From contig NC_092370.1 in NCBI RefSeq assembly GCF_030028105.1, positions 113,722,793-113,786,792 on the forward strand: a stretch of DNA of 64,000 nucleotides, given 5' to 3'. This document shows positions 47,806 through 60,768 of the stretch, piece after piece. The first letter of the stretch is position 1. Every line of letters starts with the position of its first letter. Under the pieces are notes generated by a model, which was given only the letters and a program-made list of their open reading frames with translations, was not told where the DNA came from and searched no databases. The translations under genes were made by a program, and so were the position numbers. The stretch comes from Mobula birostris (taxonomy: Eukaryota).

Positions 47806-50800
47806 GGTGTTTGTCGAGTTGTGACTGTATTTGACACGGATTTAGACGTGGCCTGGCTATGTATAAATAACAGCACGTTTCACGTCCGACCTTCTCTGAA
47901 CGTGTCACAGACCACGCCTTCCAACCCCATTGGAAAACGACACACTATTGTTTCCTCTGTATAAGATGAGATTTTGTTAGAATCGCACAGCAGTTCATAA
48001 GACGAACTTTTTGGGTTCGAACTTGCTCTCGCTTAACATGAAGAAATCCGTCACGGTAACAGGCCTTTCGGGGCCAACAAGCCCGGGTCATCCAATTCCA
48101 TCAATGTGATCAATTAACCTACTAACCCGCAAACAGGAGAAATTTTCAGATGCTGAAGGACTTCTCACGCTGACTTCTGCCCTTCCTTTGGGTGGGATGT
48201 TTGATGAACCGAATGCCATCAACACCATGTCTGTGATGCTGTTCGTCTGAGTCTACCTGATTTTACCTTTCCCTGTTGAGACATAGAATCGGCTATACTC
48301 CGACTGGCCTGGCAGCTACTGCGGTGCACTGACAGGTCATTCTTCCCCCACCCCCCACTGTAGTATCTAAATGAATATTTGTTTCTGAAGGGAATAAACA
48401 GTACAAAATATGATGTCATCCTATCCCGTTTAATCGTAGCTTTCTTTCAAATGATGGGAGTTTGCAAGGTGTGTATGTTCAGAGGGCCCAGGGTGTCTTT
48501 GCACATTATTCACTGAAAGCCAATATCCGTATGAGGGATAGGTCAAGCTATGAGGGAGGCAAATCAAGGAAGTGGATATAATGTCCAGAGATAAGGGCAA
48601 CCACGAGGTGGTCGAGGGAGGCATATGAGTGGTTATTGCTATATGGAAATCCTACGAATGGTCAGCCATTTTCAAGGACACATCTATGCATCTGAATAAA
48701 TACACCTACACCATGTAGGTTCAATGGGCACCTACATCATGGACTTCAGAAAAACAGTTGTAGACGAGTGTCTCCCCACAAACTCATTCAGAGTCTTCTC
48801 CCGCCAGATGCCTCGTATGAACCACGAAAACAGCAATTTGCTGAGGGTCAGACCAAAGGCATTCAAGTCTGGTGATCAATAAAGTTACAGGAGGTCCTGG
48901 TACATTCTCTGGAAAGCCTCATTACGGGCAAAGCCTCCTTATTTCCCAGACGAAACCTGAATCAACAAAGGATAGTCAATAGTTGTGGCAGGGCATGAAT
49001 GGTATCACTTCTTATGAAGTAAAATCAAGTGACAAAGGTGACAACAGGACTCACTTCCAGATGAACGCAATGCCGTCTGTGCTTGCTTCGACCGTCAAAA
49101 CATGGAGGAACCATCACAAACACTCACAGCGCCAGACGATCGAATGATTTTAGTCTCTGAGGCTGATGTGCGGCAGCCTTCTGCATGATGAACCCATGAA
49201 AATCATCCAGCCCAGACAGGATACCTGGCCAAGTACTGTAGACCAGTGCTAATCAACTGGCGGGACTGTTCACTGATCTTTAACCTGTCTCTTTGGCTGA
49301 TGCACCCATCTGCTTCAATCAGACTTCTCTGATTCTGGTGCCTCAGAAGAACATGGTAACCTGCCTCAATGACTAAAGTCCAGTATCACTTACATCCACA
49401 GTGAGGAAATGTTTTAAGAAGTGATGTTTTAAGGAAAGCAACATCCGTCATCAGAAATGCCACACACCCACCCCTCCCCCATATTGCAGATCATGCTCTC
49501 CTCTCACTGCTCCCATCAGGAAGTACGTACAGGAGCCTCAGAACTACACCACCAGGTTCAGCAACAGGTATTACCCCTCCACAATCAGGCTCTTGAACCA
49601 AAGGGTATAACTTCACTTGACCCATCACTGAAATGTTGCCACAACATATGGGCTCACTGTCAAGGATATTCACCTCATTTCCTTAGTATTTATTGCTTAA
49701 TTATTTGTATGTGAATGAACTAGAGATGATGCAGAAAAGATTTACAGGTATGTTTCTGGAATTGGAGGATTGTAGTTATAGAGATTGGACATGTCGGGAT
49801 TGTTTTCCACGGAATAAAGGAGTCTGACTAGCGACAGTACAGAGATTTAAAACAATTCTAAGGGCCATTGAGCTCTACAGCACAGAATCAGGCCCTTCAG
49901 CCTAACTCGTCCTTAACGAGCAAGTTTCCCACGTAAACCAGTCCCACTTACCTGCATTTCACCTGTTTTTCTCTGAACCTTTCATATCCATGTAGATGCC
50001 CAAATGAATTTTAAATCTCTCGATGGTTCCTGCCTTTATCTCTTCCTCTGGCTGTTTGTTGCCTGTACCCTCCGCCTTTTCCCTGAAGAACCTACCACAC
50101 AGGTCTCTTATAGATCTTTCCCCTCTCACTCTAAATGGGACACTTGAGGAATATATGAAATGGAAGAGAACACAAGCGAAGGATCAGGAAGGCTGAAAAG
50201 GGATAAGTGGTTGTTCTAGCAGACAAGGTAAACCAGAATCCAAGGGTTCTATAGGTACTGGGAGCCAGAGGATAACAAGGGACAAAATTGGTCCCCTTGG
50301 AGATCAAGTTGGTCATATATGCATGGAGCTAAAAGAGATGTGGAAAAATATTAAATGCTTTATTTTTGTGTTTGCATTTACTCAGGAGACAGACACAGAT
50401 ACCATAGAATCTGGCAAAACACTAGAGGTCATGGACCATGATCTTATTACAGAAGAGGAAGTGCTTGCTGTTTTGAGAAGCATTTAGGGTGATTTAGTCC
50501 CAAAACCCTCTCGAGGTGTCCTCTCCAAACTTGTGGGAGGCCAGTGCAGAAAATACAGGGGTCCTGGCAGAAATATTTAAATCATCCTGACCCATGGGTG
50601 AGGTACTGGAGGACTGGAGGGTCGCTAACATTTAAGAATGGTTCAAAGAATAAACAGGAAATTAGAGCCTGGTGAACCTGACATTAGTCGTGGGTAAATT
50701 ATCGGAAGCTTTTCTCATGGATAGGATGTTAATGTACCAGTGTTTGGATAGAAAGGGCCTGAAAAGAGATAAGCAATACGGCTTAATGCATGGTAAGTCA

Positions 50801-53800
50801 TGTCTAACTAATTTATAGAGAATTTTTTTAAGGAGGTTACCAAGAAGTTTGATGAAGGGAACAAAATGGTCTTCAGAAAAGCCTTTGATAAATTACGACA
50901 TGGCAGACTCGTCAAGAAGATTAAGTCGCCTGGCATTCAGGATGAGGTAGCCAGTTCATTCCGATGTTGGCTTAGCGGAAGAAGCCAGAGAACGGCGGTT
51001 AGTGTTTGACTCTCTGCCTGGAGGTCTGTGACTAGTGCTGTGCTGCAGGGATCGGTGCTTGATGCATTGTTGTAGGTCACTTATATTAATGATTTAGATG
51101 ACAATATATTAAACTGGTTCTGCAAATTTGCAGATGATACCAAGCCTAAGGGTATAGTGAACATTGTGCTGTATATATTCGCATCCAAATCATTTACAGA
51201 ATAATTAATGACAGAGGTCCCAACACTGACCCCTGGGTAAACTGAAATATAATAAGCACTGTACAAAATAAAAGGAAAATAATAAATGTGAAGCCAATAG
51301 GGCTACAAACTAAAATTCAAACTAAAAATCTAACGCTGACACTGAGCTTTAGAAGGAGTAACTTAATAGTAGGTTAGTACCACTCCTTTAAGGCATCAAT
51401 CTAAATTGGAGTCTTGTATCTTAGAAAGTGGGCTAAGGTAAGCAGGGGAGTGTCGCCGTCGTTGTGCTTCAGTCAAGACTTGACAAGACTGAAGGGAGTT
51501 AAATAAAACTACAATGCAACCCTAATTCGCTGCAATGTGCATTCTCACGAGCTGATTGCTGATAACCGCTTTCAGCTGCCCACTCCACAGCAGTGTTCAT
51601 GGTTTTTACAGATCACCACCCTCACCATCCCCGCAATCCCACCCCGCCACGAGGCACAGCTCCAGGGGCACGAGAGACCTGTGCCCTCTGGAGGTCCTGG
51701 ATGAGTGACTTGTCCAAGATGGCACGAATTGGATCCCAAGAACGACTCTCTGGGCCCTATCTCTCCCAGTCAACTAGGTGCTGGACCCTGCCCCACACTG
51801 TGCGAGATGCCAGGGGGTGCTGCACGGAATAGACAAGTGACCCATCCACCAAGATGAGTGAGGGAGAGGGTCTAACTGGAGCAAGATGGGAGGAAGTCTC
51901 CACTGTGAGCTGCAAACATGGAATACAAGGTAAATCTTAACAGATAATTGCAGGCACAGTCTCTAGGAAGATCGATTGATAGCCTTCCCCACTGTGAATA
52001 GTCCCAGGTAGCCTGGGGCAACCTTGAGGCTCCCAACTTTCAAAGGAAGATCCCTAGATACCAGCCAGGCTTTCTCCCTGGATTGAGAAGCCTCACCTCT
52101 CTGAGGAGCTGATTATCCTGCTGGGCATATAGTTTCTGAGTGTGCAGCAGGGAAGCCCTGGCCCATCTCCATGTGTGCTTGCAGCTTTGTACCAACTGTT
52201 CAACAGCAGGAACTCCCATGTCAATCACGGTCTGGGAAGATCAGTAGCTGGAATCCATTTTGCCATGCAATGCTAGTCCAGCTTATTATGAGCAATCTCT
52301 GACTTGGGAGCTCCAGGTCATCGAGTCAGGATTGTCTCCAGCCCCTCATTCATTCTCTCCAGCTGGCCATTAGATTGCGGGTGGAAAAGTGATGAAAGGC
52401 TGGCTGTGGATCCCAAAGGAGAACAGAAAGCATTCCAACAATGGGACAGGAAATGTGCTCCTTAGTCGGACCTGCTGTCCCGGGGGAAGCTGTGCAGCCC
52501 GAACACAAGCTGAACTAAGAAAGTGGCAGTTTCCTGAGCCGATGGGAGCTTGGGGGAGCAATGAAGTGGGCTGCTTTAGAGAACTGGTTCACAAACACCA
52601 GGAAGATAGTGTTTCCATCTGACGGACACAGACCAGCGATGAAATCCACCGGGAGGTGGGACTTGGGGCAAAGAGGCACAGGTTGTGGGTACAGTAAACC
52701 AGCAGTGAGCTGCTGTGATGTCATGGTCCGGTCCCCGAAGTCCGCATTCCGGGTCACGGTCCGGTCCGTGGACTAAGGAGTCCGGGTCTTCCGGCTGTCC
52801 CTTGTTCCGGTTGGGTTAATCATAGGCACTTGATTCCCACCATGGGGCTTATAATATAAGTAGCCTTGTGGACGACTGTGGGCTGCTGGATTGTATTGTC
52901 AAGATCACCTGGGAGCAACCTGCCGGTGGAAGGCTAGAGCGACCACTTGCCATCTTTAGGCCGCGTTGGGGAACCATCCCCTCATGGACCCTTGCTGTCA
53001 GTAGTCGGAGTTGTCGTTGTGGTATGGATTCTGCCGTTTCTTGGACCAGCTGAGTTAGGTAGGGATCCGGCTGTTTCCGTAGCCAGCTGAGTTGCTGACC
53101 GTAACTGCGGCTCGGAACAACACCGAAGCAGAGATGGAACTGTCTGTCGTTCTCCGATGTTTGTCTCTTCTTATCCTCGCTTCCGTGGGATAAGTCAGGC
53201 TGTTCTGCCGTTGCCCTGCGGGGGGATCTGTCTTGTCTTGTCCTTGCCTCTGTTGGGTAAGTCAGGCCATGTGCCGTTACCCGACGGAGGGACCTTTCCC
53301 ATTTTGATTTGGAGATGAAATTGAGTCCCGGCTGTAAGTCTATGTTCTGCCCAGTCTCATGTTGGTGTCCTGTTAAAGATGAGTCCCGGCTTGTCTAAGG
53401 ATAAGTCCCGGCTCTATGTTGATGTACAGTTCCCAGTCTGTCTTCGAGCTCCAGCCTGCGAGTTATCAGTCTCCGCATTCCAAGACCCCAGCTCTCAGCC
53501 TGCAGCCTCAAGGCACAAGACCCCAGCCTGCAGCCTCAAGACCCCAGCCTGTGTCTAAGCTCAAGGCTCAAAACCCCAGCCTGTCTCCAAGCTCAATCAT
53601 CAAGACCCCAGTCTGTCTCTAAGCTCAAATCTCAAGACCCAGCCTCCAGTCCTGTAGTCATGTCATGTCCTTGCCTGGTTCTGGGGCCCGAGACCGAGGC
53701 AAGACCCAGTTTCTGGGTGCTTGTCTAGTCTCTGGCTTGGAGCCCAAGAGAGGCTCCTAGTTCATAGTTTCTTGACCGGTTTCACTGTTTCTTGTCCATG

Positions 53801-55698
53801 TCCTAGCCCAGGTCCTGCATCCGAGTCCTGTACCTTTGCACATTATTCACTGAAAGACAATGTCCATATGAGGGATAGGTCAAGCTATGAGGGAGCCAAA
53901 TCAAGGAACTGGTATAATCTCCATAGATGAGGACAACAACGAGATGGCCGAGGGAGGCATATGAGTGGTTATTGCTATATGGAATCCTTCGAGTGGTCTG
54001 TACCACTTTCAAGGACACATCTATGGATCTGAATATATACACCTACGCCATGTAGGTTCAATGGGCACGTACATCATGGACTTGAGAAAAACAGTTGTAG
54101 ACGAGTGTCTCCCCACAAACTCATTCAGAGTTTTCTCCCGCCACATGCCTTGTATAAATCATGAAATCAGCAATTTTGTTGAGGGCCAGATCAGAAGCAT
54201 TGAAGTCTGGTGACCAATGAAGTTACAAGAGGTCCTGGTACATTCTCTGGAAAGCCTCCTTATGGGCAAAGCCTCCTTATTTGCCAGACTAAACCTGAAT
54301 CAACAAAGGATAGTCAATAGTTGTGGCAGGGCTTGAATGCTATCACTTCTTATAAAGCAAAATCAAGTGACAAAGGTGACAACAGGGCTCACTTCTAGAT
54401 GAACACAATGCCTTCTTTGCTTGCATTGAGCTTCAAAACATGGAAGGACCATCACAAACACTCACAGCGCTAGACCATTGAGTGATTTTAGTCTCTGAGG
54501 CTGATGTACGGGCAGCCTTCTGGAAGATGAACCCATGAAAATCATTTAGGCCAGACATGATACCTGGCCAAGTGCTAAAGACCAGTGCTAATCAAATGGT
54601 GGGACTATTCACTGATCTTTAACCTGTCTCTTTGGCTGATGTACCCATCTGCTTCAATCAGACTTCATTGATTCTGGTGCCTCAGAAGAACATGGTAACT
54701 TGCCCCAATGACTAAAGTCCAGTATCACTTACATCCACAGTGAGGAAATGTTTTAAGAAGTGATGTTTTAAGGAAAGCAACATCCGTTATCAGAAACACC
54801 ACGCACCCCACCCCTCCCCCACATTGCAGATCATGCTCCCCTCTCACTGCTCCCATCAGGAAGTACCGACAGGAGCCTCAGAACTACACCACCAGGTTCA
54901 GGAACAGGTATTACCCCTCCACAATCAGGCTCTTGAACCAAATGGTATAACTTCAGTTGACCCATCACTGAAATGTTGCCACAACATATCGGGTCCCCGT
55001 CAAGGATATTCACCTCATTTCCTCAGTATTTATTGCTTAATTATTTGTGTGTGATTGAACTAGAGGGGACGCAGAAAAAATTCACGAGTATGTTTCTGGG
55101 ATTGGAGGAATTTAGTTTTAGCAATCGGATATGTCGGGACTGTTTTTCACGGAATAAAGGAGTCTGACTGGCAACAGTGCAGAGATTTAAAACAATTCTA
55201 AGGGCCATTGAGCTCTACAGAACAAAATCAGGCCCTTCAGCCTAACTCGTCCTTACCGAGCACGTTACCCACGTAAACCAGCCCCGTTTACCTGCAATTA
55301 ACCGGTATTTCTCTGAACCTATCTTATCCATGTAGATGCCCAAATGACTTTTAAATCTCTCGATGGATCTTGCCTCTAACTCTTCCACTGGCAGCTTGTT
55401 GCCTGTGTCCACCGCCCTTTCCCTGAAGAATCCACCACACAGGTCGCTTATAGAACTTCGCCCTCTCACTTTAAATCTATCGTCTCTAGTTTGGGCTCTC
55501 GTACCTTGCGGAAATATTCTCCCAATTCACTGTTCTCGAGCGACGGTTGTAAACGAATACACTGTCGATGAGGCTGATCGGGTAACTTTCGTGGAATTGG
55601 ATAGAGTTCTTTATCCGAGGAAAAGTGATGGCATTTATGGCATAAGCTGCGAATTCGCTGAGTCGGAAATGATTCGTGTGACCTCTACGCTGTGGAAG

Positions 55699-55737
55699 AG
55701 TTTTTGTCAGCAGCTCCGGTTGCAGTTTAACTCTGTG
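55699..55737 (-). other. 23-bp-spacer RSS of V3
   Basis: CACAGAG - 23 - ACAAAAACT. Confidence 0.94.
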
Positions 55738-56037
55738 GGTCCCAATAGGCACAATAATAAGTGCCGGAATCCTCTTTCTCGAGACGGGTCACAGTTAGAA
55801 AATACAGCTTTTGTCCAGCATTGTTCGCTGAAAATCTGTTATCAATTCCATCGTCGCGTACGATGCCCCCATTATTGTAATAGAAGATCCTGACCGGGCG
55901 TTGGCCATCTGGCTGCCGGTACCAGTGGATATCGTCCGTGTTCGATGTGCCCAGATCGCAGCTCATGCGGGCACGATTGCCCACATTTCTGGTGATGGAC
56001 ATCGGAGACTGTATCAATTCAGCACCGAGACATCTGC
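55738..56037 (-). CDS. TRGV: TRG V gene 3, V exon
   Basis: Open paralog that ends YYCAYWD, the classic TRGV CAxWD end. Confidence 0.96.
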
Positions 56038-56121
56038 CTGTGGAAACAGAAATCAAAGTTATAACGTGTTTCAAAGTCTGAAACAAACAGAGAGCAAACG
56101 GATGAAAATCAATCAACTAAC

Positions 56122-56161
56122 GGAGGAAAAGTATCACAAAAGCCACGGAACCCAGCCGCAT
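56122..56161 (-). CDS. TRGV: TRG V3 leader exon
   Basis: MRLGSVAFVILFL, |gttag donor. Confidence 0.92.
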
Positions 56162-59100
56162 GGTGTTTGTCGAGTTGTGACTGTATTCGACACGGATTTA
56201 GACGTGGCCTGGCTATTTATAAATAACTGCACGCTTCACGTCCGACTTTCTCTGAACGTGTCACAGACCACGCCTTCCAACCCCATTTGAAAACGACACT
56301 ATTGTTTCCTTTGCATAAAATGAGATTTTGTTAGAACTGCATAGCAGTTCATTAGACGATTTTGGGGGGGGGGGGGTGTGGTTCGAACTTGCTCATGCTT
56401 AACATGAAGTAATCCGTCACGATAACAGGCCTTTCGGGGCCAACAGGACGGGCCATCCAATTCCATCAATGTGATCAATTAACCTACTAACCCGCAAACA
56501 GGAAAAATTTTGCAGATGCTGAAGGACTTCTCACGCTGACTTCTCCCCTTCCTTTCCAGTCCTGAAAAAGGGTTTCGGCACGAAACGTCGACTATTTACT
56601 CTTTTCCATAAATGCTGCTTGGCCTGCTGATTTCCTCCAGCATTTTGTGTATGTTGCTTTGGGCGGCTACTAATCCTTAAGTCTTTTGAACGTGGGAGGA
56701 AACCGGAGCAGCCCGAGGAAACCCACGCGGTCTCAGGAAGAACGTACAAATTCCTTTCAGGAATACGACGGAACCTAACCTGGGTCGCTGGCGCTATAAT
56801 AGCGTTACACTAACCGATCCGGTACCGTTCCGTCACAAAACTTTCCCCAAAATAGTCATCTCCTGCCAGTTGTCTTTCAGTTATACGTCAACTTATTTAA
56901 AATACTTATCCTCCCTTTATCAATGTTTTGTGACATTCCCGAAATTTCCCGACGAACACCATAGTTGGAACAAGTGGTTTCAGAGCGGCGGACGGGGGAG
57001 GTGGGTTGGGGTGTTTCTCGGCGCCTTCAGACATCAGGAGGAGATGGAAATAATTCTCACAGACACCCCCGGTTTCTCATCTTGGCCTTCACTTTGTCTA
57101 ATCTTTTGTCTCCGGAGTCTGTGACAGAGCAAGGAGAGCGATATCATCCCCACACACGCTCTGAAAGTGCCGTCCCTGGACCTGTCTCGCAGCTGCCCTC
57201 GTCGCCGCGACCGTATTCCGTGTACGTTCCGTTGGGTGGGATGTTTGATGAATCGAATGCCATCTGCACCATGTCTGTGAATCTGTTCATCTTTCCCTAT
57301 TAAGGTGGTTTTAATTATTCCAGCTGGGCAGAACCTGTCAGTAAATATTAACTCACATTGGCTTCCGCTGTGAAATTTGAAAGGACGATATCTAATTTAT
57401 TTATTTAGCGATACAGCATGAAGTAGGCCCAATCACCCTCGACAAACGGTATTAAACCTAACCCAATCACGGAACAATTTACAACCTGGAGCTGTAATAG
57501 CGTCGCGCTATTCGCTACGCTACCGTGGTGCCTGGGCAGTGTACGTCCTTTATCGAATGCCCAGGACCCTCTTTCCTGTCGCTGTAAACGTCCAAGTGAC
57601 ATAACTCCCCAAGTCCTAGTTGTAAACCTCCCGCAAACCTTCTCCTTAAATCAACTCATTTGTTAACAATTTCTCCTTCCGATAACTCCTTTAGGACTGG
57701 TTAGGTTAATCAATTCAGAAACTTGCTGTGTACATGCTCCGACTGCAATCGCTCTCCCAGCCGTAAGACGATAAGACACAGGAACAGGATTAGGCCATTC
57801 GATCCATTGAGTCAGCTCAGCCATTTAATCATATCTGTTTCCTTTTCCCTTTCAAACCTATTTCGATCTCTTCTCCGAATACCCTTTGACACCATGACTA
57901 GCCTCGTCTTCAATAAACCCAATAACTTGGCCTCCATGGCCGTTTGTGGCAATGAATTTCACAGATTCTCAGGAATTCCTCCTGTCTCTGTTGTGAAATG
58001 ATGTTCTATTATGTGTCTGTGCCCTTTGGTCCTGGACTCCCCCACTACTGGAAAATCCTCTCATCGTCCAGGACTTTACATATTCAGTAGGTTTCACAGA
58101 GATATCCCTTAGTCTTCTAGGCTCGGCGAGAACAGTCCTGGTAACATCAAACGTTCCTTATGTGGTAACCCTTTCATTCCTGGAACCATTCTCTTAAACC
58201 TCCTCTGGATCCTCTCTAATGCCAGAACATTCCTTCTAGGATATGGAGCCAAAATCACTGAAAATACTCCATATATAGTCTACCGATCCCTTATAAAGAC
58301 TCAACATTACGATTTTTATTTATTAGATTTCTGAATGCACAATGAATCCACATGTACTACCTCACTGTTTTTGTTTTGCTCTCTTTTTCTCTACTGATTA
58401 AATTTAATATATATCTTATTGTAATTTATAGTTTTTATTATATATTGCACTGTACTGCAGCTGCTAAATAACAAGTTCCACAACCTATGACAGTGATATT
58501 AAACCTGATTCCCATTCTATTCTGATTATATTCTAGACCCCTCGAAATGATTGCTGTCATTGCACTTGCCCTCTCCACTACTGACTCAAACAGCAAGTTA
58601 GCTTTTAGGGAATCCTGCACTAGCACTCTCAAGTCTTCTTGAACATTCGGTTTCTACTTTCTCCCTCTCTTCAGAGAATATTCTGTGCCTTTATTCCTTC
58701 TACCAAAGTGCATGGCCATACACTTCCCTACACTGTGTACCATCTGCCACATTTTTGTCCATTCTCCTAATCTGTCCTAGTCCTTTTGCAGACTTCCTGC
58801 TCTACCTTTTGCTTTTATGCTATCTTTGACTTCCTTTAACTCTGTTTCTCTTTACACAGATGCCATCTGTCTATATGAGTATTTTAAGCATTTTATGTTT
58901 TTATTTCATAGAACCTTTGAGTAACAGAATCTGGATATATAGGCCCTTCGCCCCCAATCGTCCATGCTGACCACAGCGTCCTCCCTGCTAGTTCCAGCAG
59001 CTGCATTAGTCTCATAGTCCTTAAAGCTCTTTTCTTCCATTTACCTATGCAAATACATCTTAGATATTACAAATGCACCATCTCAGCCACTTTGTCAGGC

Positions 59101-60229
59101 AGCTCACTATCCCTTGCATACGGAAATTATCTTTTGGTTCTCTTTTAAATCTCTTCCCTGTTATCTTGTCTCAGTGTCGTCTAGTTTTTGTCTCTCCAGT
59201 CCTGGGGAAAGGGCTTTGAACCGTCTACACCCCTCATGATTTCATAAACTTCTACAAGTTTAAGTTCTTCTAACTTCTTTCTTTATTGTTATACAGAGAG
59301 ACCAGTGGGAATAGAAGCTAGAGCAGTGGTGTGCTTCTCTTGCGTGACGTGGAAGTTAGGGAGATGTCTATACCTGTGATAAGTGCATCCACATTTACAA
59401 ACCGTATTAGGGAATTGGAGCTGATACTAGATGACCTTCAAATCATTCAGAAAAATGAGGGGTTCATAGGAGTTACAGAGAGAGAGTGTTGCTGAAAACA
59501 GGTAGTTGGGTGATCATGAAGAGAGGGAAGGGGTATTGGTAGACAGTGCAGAATAGCCCTGTGGCCATTCTCCACAACAAGTGTATCATTATATATAGTT
59601 TTAGGGAGATGGTCAGTGGTCTCGGCACACAGTATGTCTCTTTGGTTCAGAATGCAATTTGGGGCGGGGGGAGGGGAGGAAGAAGAGGCCAGTAGGAGTG
59701 ATGGAGGTCATTGGCTAGCACCGGTCAGTGAAACGGACAGGAGGACCTGAGAAAGGAAAAATACTCTCTGAATGGTATATTGCCTCGCAGGTATAGAGGA
59801 TCAGACTTATCTTGAATTGAGTCCATAGCCATCTTAAGTGAGAGTGTGAGAAGCCATAACTTATGGTACATATTTATACCAATAATATGAGCAGGAAAAG
59901 TGACGAGGACTTACAAAATGAGTTCAGGGAATAAGGTACGAAGTTAAAAGACAGGACCTCCAAGATGGAGATCGCACGAAGCTATCCATTGTAGTGAGGT
60001 AAAAAATAAGGAAGACTGTGCAGTTTACCATCTGACTTATAAATTGACAGTTTTGTTCGGTAGAATTCCTCAATATATTCACGGAATTTTCTATATCAGA
60101 CCAACATGTAATTGTATAATGCAAAGATGCCTCTGCTCCCACTTTGATACAATGGTTCTCTCAGGTGATATTATGTCTTAGTTTTGAGAAAATTAAGGGT
60201 TAAACTGACCTCAACATGTCTTTTACAGT

Positions 60230-60768
60230 TAGGGTTGCCAACTTTCTGACTCCCAAATAAGGGACAAAAGTAGCAGTCAAATCCGGGACACTTGGGTTTC
60301 CGCCAATAAATAAAGACTACCATGACCATGAAGCCTTGCGCGGGCTCCTCTGTGCGCCTGCGCGTATGCGAGGTAAGCATGCGCGTACGTGCGGATTTAT
60401 TTCTCCACAAATCAGTTTTGCCTTCATTTTCCCGTCTATACTGTACATACATTATTTCTACTTTATACAGGCTGTGTATGTATCATATCATTCCTGCTTT
60501 TACTGTATGTTAGTGTTATTTTAGGTTTTATGTGTTATTTGGTCTGATTTGGTAGGTTATTTTCTGTGTCTGGGAACGCTCATTAATTTTTCCCTTATAA
60601 ATTAATAATAGTAGCTTCTTCGCATCACGCCATTTCGGCACGAACGTTTCGAAGGAACGCTTTACCTTTGCGGGAGAAATACGGGACAAGGGCGATCCCC
60701 TGTGGGAGAAACCAATTTAGCCCAATATACGGGATTTCCCGGCAAATGCGGGACTGTTGGCAACCCTA
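60230..60768. mobile_element. hAT-like MITE
   Basis: Terminal inverted repeats TAGGGTTGCCAAC / GTTGGCAACCCTA with no clean TSD. A second hAT-like end (ggttggtgaccactg) lies at about 60897. Confidence 0.6.
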
